Origin: Eubacterium sp. CAG:38
GTDB taxonomy: Bacteria > Bacillota > Clostridia > Oscillospirales > Ruminococcaceae
Reading direction: 5' to 3'
Assembly (NCBI GenBank): GCA_963660925.1
Contig: CAVKZS010000001.1
Location: 30,046-94,045, forward strand
DNA: 64,000 nt
Shown here: in pieces, positions 47,616 to 56,547 of the stretch
How the letters are laid out: every line of letters starts with the position of its first letter
Numbering within the stretch: the stretch's first letter is position 1
The notes under the pieces: generated by a model
The model's database searches: none
What the model saw: only the letters and a program-made list of their open reading frames with translations
What the model was told of the DNA's origin: nothing
Translations under genes and position numbers: made by a program

Positions 47616-48152
47616 ATGACATTCACACCAATTGAAACCGCCCGTCTGCGGCTGCGTCCGCAGGAAGCCCGGGATGCCGGGTTTGCACTCTGCATCTGGG
47701 GCGATCCCATTACCGGAAAATACCTGTCCGACCCTGCATTGGACAGCATCGACGACCTGAACGAATACATGGACTTGCTCCGCCACCTGAACGACAGCAG
47801 CGACTGCTATTACGTCATCGCCGAGGACAAAACGACCGGCCAGCCCATCGGCACCTGCTGTGCCGTGGTCAAGGAAAATGGCACCTGCTGGGATATCGGC
47901 TATTGCATCCACCCCACCGCATGGCACAAAGGCTATGCCAAAGAGATGGTGCGTACCCTCATGGACTTCGGCATTCAGATGGGCGTCCGGACTTTTCTGG
48001 CCGATGTCGCCGCTGACAATGCCGCATCCTGCGCCGTCATGCACTCTCTGGGTTTTGTCGGCACAGAGAACGGCACGTTCCGCCGCGGCGGAACATCCAT
48101 GGAGTATCGGAATCTGACCTTCCGGAAAGAGGATGCTGAACCGACGGCTTGA
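47616..48152 (+). CDS. RimJ/RimL-type GNAT acetyltransferase
   Basis: IETARLRLRP, IGYCIHPTAWHKGYAKE and NAASCAVMHSLGF motifs. Confidence 0.88.
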   Translation: MTFTPIETARLRLRPQEARDAGFALCIWGDPITGKYLSDPALDSIDDLNEYMDLLRHLNDSSDCYYVIAEDKTTGQPIGTCCAVVKENGTCWDIGYCIHPTAWHKGYAKEMVRTLMDFGIQMGVRTFLADVAADNAASCAVMHSLGFVGTENGTFRRGGTSMEYRNLTFRKEDAEPTA

Positions 48153-48182
48153 TTGAGGCTGTGCCTTTTGATTTTCCACAAG

Positions 48183-48224
48183 AAAAAAGCGAAACTGTTG
48201 AATGTTCAGCAGTTTCGCTTTTTT
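48183..48224. terminator. Bidirectional terminator
   Basis: AAAAAAGCGAAACTG / CAGTTTCGCTTTTTT. Confidence 0.88.
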
Positions 48225-48239
48225 GCATCTTTTGATTTT

Positions 48240-50027
48240 TTACAGCGTATCCTCGCCGGGCAGCTGGTTCCACAGGCGGTAATAGACGCCCTGCTTTGCC
48301 AGAAGCTCGTCGTGGGTGCCGGACTCGACGATGCCCTCGGAGCCGAGGACAAGGATGCGGTCATAGTTCTTAATGGTAGTCAGGCGGTGGGCGATGGTCA
48401 AAGTGGTGCGGCCATGGGCCAGCTTTTCGAGGCTCTGGCCGACCAGAATTTCGCTTTCATTGTCCAGTGCACTGGTGGCTTCGTCGAGGATCAGGATGGG
48501 CGGATTTTTCAGGAACACGCGGGCAATGGCGATCCGCTGTTTCTGGCCGCCCGAGAGCTTGACGCCCCGCTCGCCGACGTAGGTATCGAAGCCGTCTTTC
48601 AGGGCCAGAATGAAGCGTTCCGCACCGGCCAGACGTGCTGCCTCAATAATTTCCTCCCGGGTAGCTCCGGGCTTACCATAGGCGATGTTCTCGGCCACGG
48701 TGCCGCTGAACAGATACACATCCTGCTGAACGATGCCAATTTCATGACGCAGGCTCTTGAGGGTGACATGCTGGATGTCCTGTCCATCCACCAGGATCTT
48801 GCCGCTGGTGACGTCGTAGAACCGGGGGATCAGGTTGCAGAGGGTCGTCTTGCCGCCGCCGGAAGGCCCGACCAGAGCCAGACGCTCACCAGCCTTGATA
48901 TCAAGGCTGACATGGTGCAGGACTTTGTTGTGATCGTCCGGATACTCAAAGCTGACATCCTCAAACCGGATAGCACCCGGGCCGGGCTGAAGCGGTTTTG
49001 CGTCCGGCGCGTCGTGGATGGTAATGGGCGTATCCATAATTTCGGCAAAACGCTCGATGCCGGTCATGCCTCGCTGGAACTGCTCGGCAAACTCGACGAT
49101 ACGGCGGATGGTTGCAATCAGCGTTGTAACATAAAGAATATAAGCCACTAGATCACCGGCGTTGATCTTGCCATACACCAGCGACAGACCGCCGGCGAGG
49201 ATGACGACCAGATACATCAGTCCGTCAAAAAGACGGGTCGAGGTGTTGAACGCCGCCATTGCATAGTAACCCAGCGTCTTGATTTTTTCAAATTCCCTGT
49301 TACCCTGCGCGAATTTCTCCCGTTCCTGATCTTCGGCGGCAAAGGCTTTGACAACCCCCTGTCCCAGCAGGCTGTCCTCGATGGTGGCATTCAGTTCGCC
49401 GATCTGGACACGCTGCTGACGGAACCGGGCGCGGAGACGGTGATTCAGTTTGACCGAGACGACGCCCATCAGCGGCACACAGGCAAAGACCGCCAGTGTC
49501 AGCGGAATGCTGGCCTGACACAGGATAACAAAAGATGCCAGAATCTTGATGAATGCGATGAAGAATTCTTCCGGGCAGTGGTGTGCAAACTCGGTGACAT
49601 CGAACAGGTCGTTGGTGATACGGCCCATGATGGTGCCGACCTTGGTATTGTTATAGTAGGTATGGTCGAGCTGGAGCAGATGGTCGAACGCATCCCGGCG
49701 CATATCCGTTTCGATATGGACGCCCATGATATGGCCGATGCCTGACATAAAATACTGTGCTGCACCGTCAATGATGCGAAGCACAAAATAGATCAGTGCC
49801 AGCTTGAGAACGATGCCTGCGGTCAGGGTGATGCCGACGCCCATGGCCGAGTTGGTGATGGTGCTCATGATCCGGGGCAGAACGATGTCGCAGAGGGTGG
49901 TCAATGCGGCGCAGAACAGGTCAAGGAACAACGTCTTTTTGTACTTGGCCAGATACGGCAGAAATCGCCGGATGAGTGCGCCGCTGCTGGTATGATGTGC
50001 CGCAGGGTCTTGGATTGTTTTCTGCAT
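48240..50027 (-). CDS. ABC exporter, fused permease/ATPase (MsbA/Sav1866-like)
   Basis: TM domain plus GPSGGGKT, LSGGQKQR and DEATSALD. AAGGAG SD before ATG 50027. Confidence 0.93.
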   Translation of the reverse strand: MQKTIQDPAAHHTSSGALIRRFLPYLAKYKKTLFLDLFCAALTTLCDIVLPRIMSTITNSAMGVGITLTAGIVLKLALIYFVLRIIDGAAQYFMSGIGHIMGVHIETDMRRDAFDHLLQLDHTYYNNTKVGTIMGRITNDLFDVTEFAHHCPEEFFIAFIKILASFVILCQASIPLTLAVFACVPLMGVVSVKLNHRLRARFRQQRVQIGELNATIEDSLLGQGVVKAFAAEDQEREKFAQGNREFEKIKTLGYYAMAAFNTSTRLFDGLMYLVVILAGGLSLVYGKINAGDLVAYILYVTTLIATIRRIVEFAEQFQRGMTGIERFAEIMDTPITIHDAPDAKPLQPGPGAIRFEDVSFEYPDDHNKVLHHVSLDIKAGERLALVGPSGGGKTTLCNLIPRFYDVTSGKILVDGQDIQHVTLKSLRHEIGIVQQDVYLFSGTVAENIAYGKPGATREEIIEAARLAGAERFILALKDGFDTYVGERGVKLSGGQKQRIAIARVFLKNPPILILDEATSALDNESEILVGQSLEKLAHGRTTLTIAHRLTTIKNYDRILVLGSEGIVESGTHDELLAKQGVYYRLWNQLPGEDTL

Positions 50028-50060
50028 GGATTCTCCTTCATTTTTTGCTTGCTCTTGTCC

Positions 50061-50197
50061 AACCTCTCCGTCATTGCTTGCGCAATGACACCTCTCCTTG
50101 TAGGAGAGGCCTTGGCAATCCACGAAAAACAAAATCTTTTTGCCAAGGGCTCCCCTCAGTAGGGGAGCTGTCGAGCGATAGCGAGACTGAGAGGTTT
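50061..50197. repeat. REP-like element, inverted dimer
   Basis: Same two-unit architecture as 14118-14273, in the opposite orientation; abuts the yggS stop codon. Confidence 0.8.
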
Positions 50198-50915
50198 ACT
50201 TCTTCGAGTAATCTCTTTCTCCATAAATGGCTGTGCCGATGCGGACGAGGGTGGCTCCTTCGCGGATGGCGTTCTCAAAGTCGCCGCTCATTCCCATCGA
50301 AAGGGTCTCCATAGCGACGTTCTCATAGCCCCGCTCGCCGGCCTGCACAAACAACTTATGCACAGCGGCAAGGTAGGCGCGGTTCTGGGCATCGTCGTGG
50401 TTGACGGGCGGGATGGCCATCAGGCCCTTGACCCGGATGTGGGGCTTGGCGGCAGCGGATTCCAGCAGCGGCCAGAGCTGGTCGGGCGAAACGCCGGACT
50501 TGCTCTCCTCCCCGCCGATGTTGACTTCCAGCAGGATGTTCTGGACAAGGCCCGCTTTGGCGGCTTCCTTCTCGATGGCCGCCAGCAGATGTTCGCTGTC
50601 CACGCTCTGGATCAGGCTGGCCCGGCCCAGAACCTTCTTGATCTTGTTGGTCTGCAGGTGGCCGATGAAGTGGCTGGGCTTGCCGCAGTAAGCCCCTGCG
50701 TCAAAGTTGGCACAAAGCTCCTGCACATGGTTTTCGCCGAACACGTCGATCGGCAGGGCGGCACTTGCCGCCACCGTCTCGGCGGTGCGGGTCTTGCAGG
50801 CGGCGCAGAGCAGGATCTCCGACGGGTCGCGTCCGGCTTCCCGGGCGGCGGCTGCCATCTTTTCCCGGATCTCGGCGACGGCCTGCCGCATCTCTTCCAG
50901 TGTTTTTTCTGCCAT
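50196..50915 (-). CDS. yggS: YggS-family PLP homeostasis protein
   Basis: FGENHVQE, HFIGHLQTNK, LSMGMSGD and VRIGTAIYG motifs. Confidence 0.93.
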   Translation of the reverse strand: MAEKTLEEMRQAVAEIREKMAAAAREAGRDPSEILLCAACKTRTAETVAASAALPIDVFGENHVQELCANFDAGAYCGKPSHFIGHLQTNKIKKVLGRASLIQSVDSEHLLAAIEKEAAKAGLVQNILLEVNIGGEESKSGVSPDQLWPLLESAAAKPHIRVKGLMAIPPVNHDDAQNRAYLAAVHKLFVQAGERGYENVAMETLSMGMSGDFENAIREGATLVRIGTAIYGERDYSKK

Positions 50916-50920
50916 GGTGC

Positions 50921-51481
50921 TCAGTCCTCCTCGGTATACTTGGCCCGTTCGCCGCCGATCAGCTTCGGGCGGGTACGGGCGCAGAGAATGTTGGCCTCGC
51001 CGATCTTATTCAGGCTGAGCCGGACCGGAACAGCCACCCGCCTGAGGTGCATCCCGATCAGGGTGCCGCCGATGTCGATTCCGGCATGGGCGCGGATCTC
51101 CTCAACGGCGACGGGGTCTTTGAACTTCTTCCAGCAGGTGGTCGCCCAGCTGCCGCCCGCATGGGGACGGGGCACAACGCAGACTTCCTCCCAGCCGTAC
51201 TTCTCGGCGGCTTCCCGTTCGAGGATGATGGCGCGGTTCAGGTGCTCGCAGCACTGTGCCGCCAGCCAGATGCCGTTTTCGGCCAGCACCGGCGCGATGC
51301 CGGCGTAAACGGCCTGCGCCGCCTCGAGGCTGCTGTCCTTGCCGATGTGCCCGCCCACGATCTCGCTGGACGAGCAGCCCACCACAAAGACGTCGCCCTT
51401 GCGGAGTTTGGCCTGTTCCAGCAGTTCAGTCACGGCCTGCCGTGCCTCCTGCTCGATCTGTTTCTGAAATGCTTCGGTCAT
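50921..51481 (-). CDS. TIGR01440/YwlG-family protein
   Basis: VVGCSSSEI, QCCEHLNRA, HAGGS, GIDIGGTLIGMHL and RPKLIGGERA motifs. Confidence 0.88.
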   Translation of the reverse strand: MTEAFQKQIEQEARQAVTELLEQAKLRKGDVFVVGCSSSEIVGGHIGKDSSLEAAQAVYAGIAPVLAENGIWLAAQCCEHLNRAIILEREAAEKYGWEEVCVVPRPHAGGSWATTCWKKFKDPVAVEEIRAHAGIDIGGTLIGMHLRRVAVPVRLSLNKIGEANILCARTRPKLIGGERAKYTEED

Positions 51482-51496
51482 AAAAAACACCTCGTT

Positions 51497-52810
51497 TTAT
51501 ACTCTTGCCATCAGCAGACTTGCCGCGTCTGCTGCGCCGAAATACACTTTGCTGTCCACCGGACACACCGCCGTGCAGTCATCCATTTTTCCGCCTGAGA
51601 TGCTTCGCTTCCAGCTGCCGGAAACCGTGTCCACCGCTTCCGCACAGGGCGCATCCAACGATAGCCGGAACAGCTTTTCCTGCAGGTTCTGGCCTGCACG
51701 CAGGGCCACGCCGCGCAGGAAGGTGCTGTCCGCATTTTGTTCCAGCCAGCTGCTGCGGCTCCAGCGGTAGCTGATGTACAGCGTTCCGTCCCCGTCCATC
51801 GCCAGCGCACCGGGATAGCCCGGCAGACCGGATGCAAAACTCCGGCAGTTTTTTCCGCCAGCGGTCCGTTCCCGGGCGGAGGCATCCACACTCCACACGC
51901 AGCGGTTTGCAAGGTCGGACACATACAGCGTGCTGCCGTCTGCCGAGAGTGCCAGTCCGGACGCACCGGCCACGCCGCCCAGCACCCGCTGCACCGAGCG
52001 GTCTGCCGGGTCGTACACATACACCCAGCCGGTGCCGGTGTGGGCCAGCAGTTCGGTGCGCAGGGCACTCTCCAGCCCGCTGGCCGCACTGGCATCCGCG
52101 GCCACGGCGAAATACACCTTGCCGTCCGGACCGACTTCCACAGCCGACAATCCCCCCAGCGGTGCCCCGTCGATCTGGGTCACCACCTGCTCCACCGCTG
52201 CGCCCCAGCTGTCGTGCCGGGCGCGGCAGAGGGAACCACCGTCCGCCGTCACCACGGTCAGCCACAAGTCGCCCTCGCCATCAAAGGCAAAGCCGGTCAG
52301 TTCTCCGTCCACCGTCAGGATGGCCTCATAGTGCCCGCCGTCGGTGCGCACCAGATCACTGCTGCGTTTTTTCAGGGTAGCACCGTCCCACGCAGCGGCA
52401 TACACAAAGCCGTCCTGCGCACGGATGCAGTCCACACCCTGATACTCGCCCAGATCCCAGATATCCTTGCTGTCGGCAGAAAGTTCCGTCTGGACCGCGC
52501 CGGTGTCCTGCCGGAGATCCGGTGTTCGGTAGACCTGCGGCGGCGTATCAATGGGCCGGAGCACCAACGCATACACCAACGCCAGCAGTGCCGCGACGCT
52601 GAAGAGCCGTCCGGCCACCTGAAAGCGGTGGAGCACATACTCCCGCTCGGCAACGGCCTGCGCCTGCATCTGGGCGCGGCGGCGGGCGGCGGCCGCACTG
52701 GTTTTCCGGGCACGGCGGCTCCACCGGTCCACCCAGAGGGCCACATTGGGGCCGATGGTGATGGAGGCGATGAACAAGATCAGGATAAATTCCACAAGTC
52801 CGATCCGCAT
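51497..52810 (-). CDS. Strictosidine-synthase/SMP-30-like beta-propeller with a TatA/B-like N-terminus
   Basis: N-terminus MRIGLVEFILILFIASITIGP, a second TM helix, then propeller repeats (GLALSADGSTLYVSD, LPGYPG). Confidence 0.75.
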   Translation of the reverse strand: MRIGLVEFILILFIASITIGPNVALWVDRWSRRARKTSAAAARRRAQMQAQAVAEREYVLHRFQVAGRLFSVAALLALVYALVLRPIDTPPQVYRTPDLRQDTGAVQTELSADSKDIWDLGEYQGVDCIRAQDGFVYAAAWDGATLKKRSSDLVRTDGGHYEAILTVDGELTGFAFDGEGDLWLTVVTADGGSLCRARHDSWGAAVEQVVTQIDGAPLGGLSAVEVGPDGKVYFAVAADASAASGLESALRTELLAHTGTGWVYVYDPADRSVQRVLGGVAGASGLALSADGSTLYVSDLANRCVWSVDASARERTAGGKNCRSFASGLPGYPGALAMDGDGTLYISYRWSRSSWLEQNADSTFLRGVALRAGQNLQEKLFRLSLDAPCAEAVDTVSGSWKRSISGGKMDDCTAVCPVDSKVYFGAADAASLLMARV

Positions 52811-52901
52811 AGGCAAAAGGTCCTTTGTTTTGTCTTAAAATAAAGAGTCGGTTTATCGTTTTAGTATAGCACACTTGCCATTTTAAACGCAAGCCGTGTG
52901 T

Positions 52902-53019
52902 CAGGTGGGATGGGAGTTTTCCAAGCAAATGTCCGGGGAAGTGGGGCCCCGGTGCATAGCACTGGGGCGGAACCGCGGGTTCCGGACTCCATTTGCAGGA
53001 AAAGCTCCCAGACCGCCTG
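52902..53019 (+). other. 118-nt imperfect rod-like hairpin (candidate ncRNA or MITE)
   Basis: Five nested complementary segments with several G-U pairs on the + strand. Confidence 0.5.
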
Positions 53020-53073
53020 TCTCCCGCCTCATTTTTGTGGTATACTATGGAGAGAGTCCGGTTTTTCCAAAGG

Positions 53074-53117
53074 ATTCACTTAAAATTCACAGAAATTCCC
53101 AATTGATGTATTAAGAT
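53074..53117 (+). promoter_or_regulatory. ATTCAC direct repeats and -10-like TAAGAT upstream of the response regulator
   Basis: ATTCAC at 53074 and 53085, ATTCCC at 53095, TAAGAT at 53112. Confidence 0.55.
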
Positions 53118-53158
53118 AAACTCGAGTTATCAAGTTTTACAGCGAGGAGGGCCGCCTT

Positions 53159-53845
53159 ATGGCAAAAATTCTGATCGTTGACGATGAGCCTCGGATCCGG
53201 GAGCTGATCCGGGAGCATTTACAATATGCAGGGTATGTCTGCGAGGAAACGGGCGACGGTTCGGCAGCACTTTCGCTGCTGACCGGCGGCGGATACGATC
53301 TGGTCATTCTGGATGTGATGATGCCGTTCATGGACGGCATGACCTGCCTGCGGGAGATGCGCAGCCGCCACATCAACACCCCGGTCATCATCCTGACCGC
53401 CCGGGGCGAAGAATACGACAAACTGGCCGGCTTGGAGGGCGGTGCCGACGATTATGTGGTCAAGCCCTTCTCCCCCCGGGAGCTGGTGGCCCGGGTGCGG
53501 GCGGTGCTCAACCGCACCCTGCCCCGCACCGAGAACCCCAATGGAGCCATGGTCTTTGGCGACCTGACCATCGACACGGCCAGCCACACCGTCCGGGTGG
53601 CCGGCGAGGAAGTCAGTCTGACGCCCAAGGAGTTCGACCTGCTGGTCTTCCTCGCGTCCAACAAGGGCATCGCCCTCAGCCGCGAGAAGATCCTGCAAAA
53701 AGTGTGGAACTACGACTACTTCGGAGAGGACCGCACCGTGGACACCCATGTGAAGATGCTGCGCGGGCACCTCGGCAAGTGCCGCAGCTATATCGCCACC
53801 GTGTGGGGCATCGGCTATAAGTTCGACCCCGACGCAGCGCGCTAA
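53159..53845 (+). CDS. OmpR/PhoB-family response regulator
   Basis: IVDDE, LDVMMP, KPFSPREL and RTVDTHVK...TVWGIGY motifs. Confidence 0.95.
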   Translation: MAKILIVDDEPRIRELIREHLQYAGYVCEETGDGSAALSLLTGGGYDLVILDVMMPFMDGMTCLREMRSRHINTPVIILTARGEEYDKLAGLEGGADDYVVKPFSPRELVARVRAVLNRTLPRTENPNGAMVFGDLTIDTASHTVRVAGEEVSLTPKEFDLLVFLASNKGIALSREKILQKVWNYDYFGEDRTVDTHVKMLRGHLGKCRSYIATVWGIGYKFDPDAAR

Positions 53846-53863
53846 ACGGAGGATCGGCATCGG

Positions 53864-55372
53864 ATGCGGCAACCGAAAAAAGCCCGGCGCACCATCGGCA
53901 TCCGCGGGCAGCTGATGTGGTTTCTCTGCTTCATCTGCCTGCTGCTGCTGGGAATGTTCTGGTTCCTGAGCACCAAGCTCTTGGAGCCGCTGTATATCCG
54001 GCACATCCAGACCCAGCTGACCGCCGAGGCCGAATCCATCGTCTCGGAGATGGACGACGCTATCGCACAAGGGGACGTGCTGTCCTACTGGGCGTTCGGC
54101 GGCATCAAGGTCACGGACGACACCTTCTTCAACGAATTGAAGAGCAAACTGTACGAGAACAGCCCCATGAGCAGCTTTTGCGTGGACATCTCGGATTCCA
54201 CCCTGCGCACCATCAAAAAGTTCGAGAACCTGACCTTCTGCAACCTCCACGAGACGGCTCTGCCCGACCCGGACGATGAGGACATCAAATACTCCACAGC
54301 CCGGGCCATCCGGCAGTACTGCCGGCAGACCGGCGGCTTCGTCCGGACGTTGGAACCGCCCACCCCCTCCGGCTCGAAACAGCTGGTGGTGGGGCGGCTG
54401 ACCTCCGACGGCGCGTATACGGTGCTGGTCACCACCAGCCTGATGCACGTCTCCGAGGCCGGCGAAGTGATGAGCACTGTGCTGCCGCTGGCCGCCGCGC
54501 TGATCTTTGCCTTCTCGATGTCGGCGGCGTGGCTGTTCAGCGAGTGGTTCACCAAGCCCCTGCGCCAGCTTTCGGCAGCAGCGCGGCAGGTGGCACAGGG
54601 CAACTATGCCGTTCACGTCGAGAGCAACCGCAACGACGAGCTGGGCACCCTGTCGCAGGAGTTCAACCACATGGCGCAGGAAGTCCAGCACGCCGCCCAG
54701 ATGCAGCGGGATCTGCTGGCCAACGTCTCCCACGATCTGCGCACCCCGCTGACCCTCATCAAGGGCTACGCCGAGACGGTGCGCGATCTGACCGGCGACG
54801 ACAAGGCCCACCGGGACGAGCAGATGAACATCATCGTGGACGAGGCCGACCGGCTGACCGCGCTGGTCTCCAGCGTGATGGAGCTGAGCAAAGTGACCAG
54901 CGGCGCGGAGAAATGCGAGCGGGTGCACTTTGATATGGGCCAGCTCTGCGACGAAGTCAGCGAGCGGTACGACGCCCTCTGCGCCCAGAACGGCTGGGAG
55001 CTGAAACTGGAACTTCCCGACGAGGAACTTCCGGTCTACGCCGACCCCAACATGATGCAGCGCGCCCTCCACAACCTGTTAGGCAACGCGATGCACCACA
55101 TCGGCGAGGATGGACTGTTCTTCCTGCGGGCTTTCCGGTGCGAAGAGGGTGTCCGTGTGGAAGTGGCCGACCACGGGCCGGGCATCTCTGCCGACGATCT
55201 GCCCTATATCTTCGACCGGTATTACCGCTCCCGCTCCGACGCGGGCAAGCAGGGCACCGGCCTCGGCCTTTCCATCACCAAGGCCATCTTCCAGCAGCAC
55301 GGCTTCCGCTTCGGCGTCCAGAGCACGCTGGGCAAAGGCACGACCTTCTGGTTCATTATGACCGATTCATAG
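53864..55372 (+). CDS. Sensor histidine kinase (2 TM, HAMP)
   Basis: SHDLRTPLT, NLLGNA, DHGPGI and GTGLGL motifs. Confidence 0.95.
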   Translation: MRQPKKARRTIGIRGQLMWFLCFICLLLLGMFWFLSTKLLEPLYIRHIQTQLTAEAESIVSEMDDAIAQGDVLSYWAFGGIKVTDDTFFNELKSKLYENSPMSSFCVDISDSTLRTIKKFENLTFCNLHETALPDPDDEDIKYSTARAIRQYCRQTGGFVRTLEPPTPSGSKQLVVGRLTSDGAYTVLVTTSLMHVSEAGEVMSTVLPLAAALIFAFSMSAAWLFSEWFTKPLRQLSAAARQVAQGNYAVHVESNRNDELGTLSQEFNHMAQEVQHAAQMQRDLLANVSHDLRTPLTLIKGYAETVRDLTGDDKAHRDEQMNIIVDEADRLTALVSSVMELSKVTSGAEKCERVHFDMGQLCDEVSERYDALCAQNGWELKLELPDEELPVYADPNMMQRALHNLLGNAMHHIGEDGLFFLRAFRCEEGVRVEVADHGPGISADDLPYIFDRYYRSRSDAGKQGTGLGLSITKAIFQQHGFRFGVQSTLGKGTTFWFIMTDS

Positions 55373-55375
55373 CAA

Positions 55376-55406
55376 ACAAAAAAGGTCGCAAATGTGGCCT
55401 TTTTTC
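55376..55406. terminator. Bidirectional terminator
   Basis: AAAAAGGTCGCA / TGTGGCCTTTTT between convergent genes. Confidence 0.7.
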
Positions 55407-55413
55407 TGTTTGT

Positions 55414-55575
55414 TTATGTCTGGGAGCTTGCGCTGTGGTAGATGCCGAAGCTGGTATCCGGTTCCGGCATTTTCACTTTCGATGCCCGGTCGTTGACCGC
55501 GAACATCATGGCCGCCATCGCTGCCAGCACACCCGCGATGATGAGCCATTTGATCCAATCTGGAAGTTTTTTCAT
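55414..55575 (-). CDS. 53-aa single-TM small protein (not in the ORF track)
   Basis: MKKLPDWIKWLIIAGVLAAMAAMMFAVNDRASKVKMPEPDTSFGIYHSASSQT; AAAGGGGA SD; directly follows the pectinesterase gene. Confidence 0.7.
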   Translation of the reverse strand: MKKLPDWIKWLIIAGVLAAMAAMMFAVNDRASKVKMPEPDTSFGIYHSASSQT

Positions 55576-55602
55576 CCGTTTTGTTCCCCTTTATCTTCCG
55601 GT

Positions 55603-56544
55603 TTACTCCGGGCGGCAGCGTTTCCGCGCCCGCTTGAGCAGGTCGGCGGCTTCCGCCGCCGTGGGCTTTGCCACCCATGCCGGACGTTCGGCAGCCCCTG
55701 CGCCGGTGCTGCCCTCTTCGGCAAAGCGGGCGATGTTCGTGTCCGTCCGGTCGTTCCACGGCGAAAAGCCCTCGGGCGCAATGTGTGCCCCCAGACGACA
55801 GTCCAGCACGGCGGTCTTGCCGGTGGGCCGCCACGGACGGCCCAGATAGACCGTTCCTGCCGGGCAGTCTGAGACGAAATCACAGTCCCAGAACACAAAG
55901 CCCAGTCCCTCGGCAGAGCCGGAGGGTGCGGTGACATAGCTGCGGGGGATATGGTTGTTGACTGTGCGGAGAACGCACTGCTCAAAGAGCGCGTCGGCCC
56001 CGCCGAAGATGAAGTCGATGTCGCCCGCAATGGTACAGCCCTGATAATACTGCGCCGAGGGCCGGCGGGGTGCGAACACCCGCGGGCCGAGGAAGCCGTC
56101 CTTCTCCCGCTCTTTTTCAGGGAGCGGTGCGCAGAACAGGGTGTCCTGATTTCCCAGCAGGGTCACATTCCGGAACACCGCCTGTGCACTGTCCACATAG
56201 GCCGCCACTGCCTGTCCCACCGCGCTGCCCGGCCCGGCGTCGTTCTCAATGGTCAGGTTTTCCACGGTCAGCTTCTCGCCGCTGAAAAACGCGGTGTAGC
56301 TGCGGAAGGTGTGGGTCGGCCGGCCGTCCGGGTGGGGCAGCTTGCCGCCGTCGCCCCAGACGAGCTTGGTCTGTTCCGGTCCGGCTCCCCGCAGGGTGAT
56401 CTGCCGTTTTTCGCAGACCAGCTTTTCCCGGTAAATGCCCGGTGCGATCTCAATTTCTGCTTCGATGTCATAAGGCACGGCGTTCACCGCCTCGGTAATG
56501 GTGGTAAAGTCGCCGCTGCCGTCCCGTGCAACGTGAAGAATCAT
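55603..56544 (-). CDS. Pectin methylesterase (CE8), no signal peptide
   Basis: GIYRE, QAVAA, QDTL, DFIFG and LGRPW motifs. Confidence 0.9.
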   Translation of the reverse strand: MILHVARDGSGDFTTITEAVNAVPYDIEAEIEIAPGIYREKLVCEKRQITLRGAGPEQTKLVWGDGGKLPHPDGRPTHTFRSYTAFFSGEKLTVENLTIENDAGPGSAVGQAVAAYVDSAQAVFRNVTLLGNQDTLFCAPLPEKEREKDGFLGPRVFAPRRPSAQYYQGCTIAGDIDFIFGGADALFEQCVLRTVNNHIPRSYVTAPSGSAEGLGFVFWDCDFVSDCPAGTVYLGRPWRPTGKTAVLDCRLGAHIAPEGFSPWNDRTDTNIARFAEEGSTGAGAAERPAWVAKPTAAEAADLLKRARKRCRPE

Positions 56545-56547
56545 AAG

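Noticed and set aside
50028..50132. N-terminal extension of the ABC transporter in the ORF track
   Set aside because: Runs through the REP-like element; a good SD supports ATG 50027.
52902..53019. SRP RNA or 6S RNA identity for the rod hairpin
   Set aside because: Lacks the SRP domain IV motif, and is too short with no central bubble for 6S RNA. Kept only as an unknown structure.
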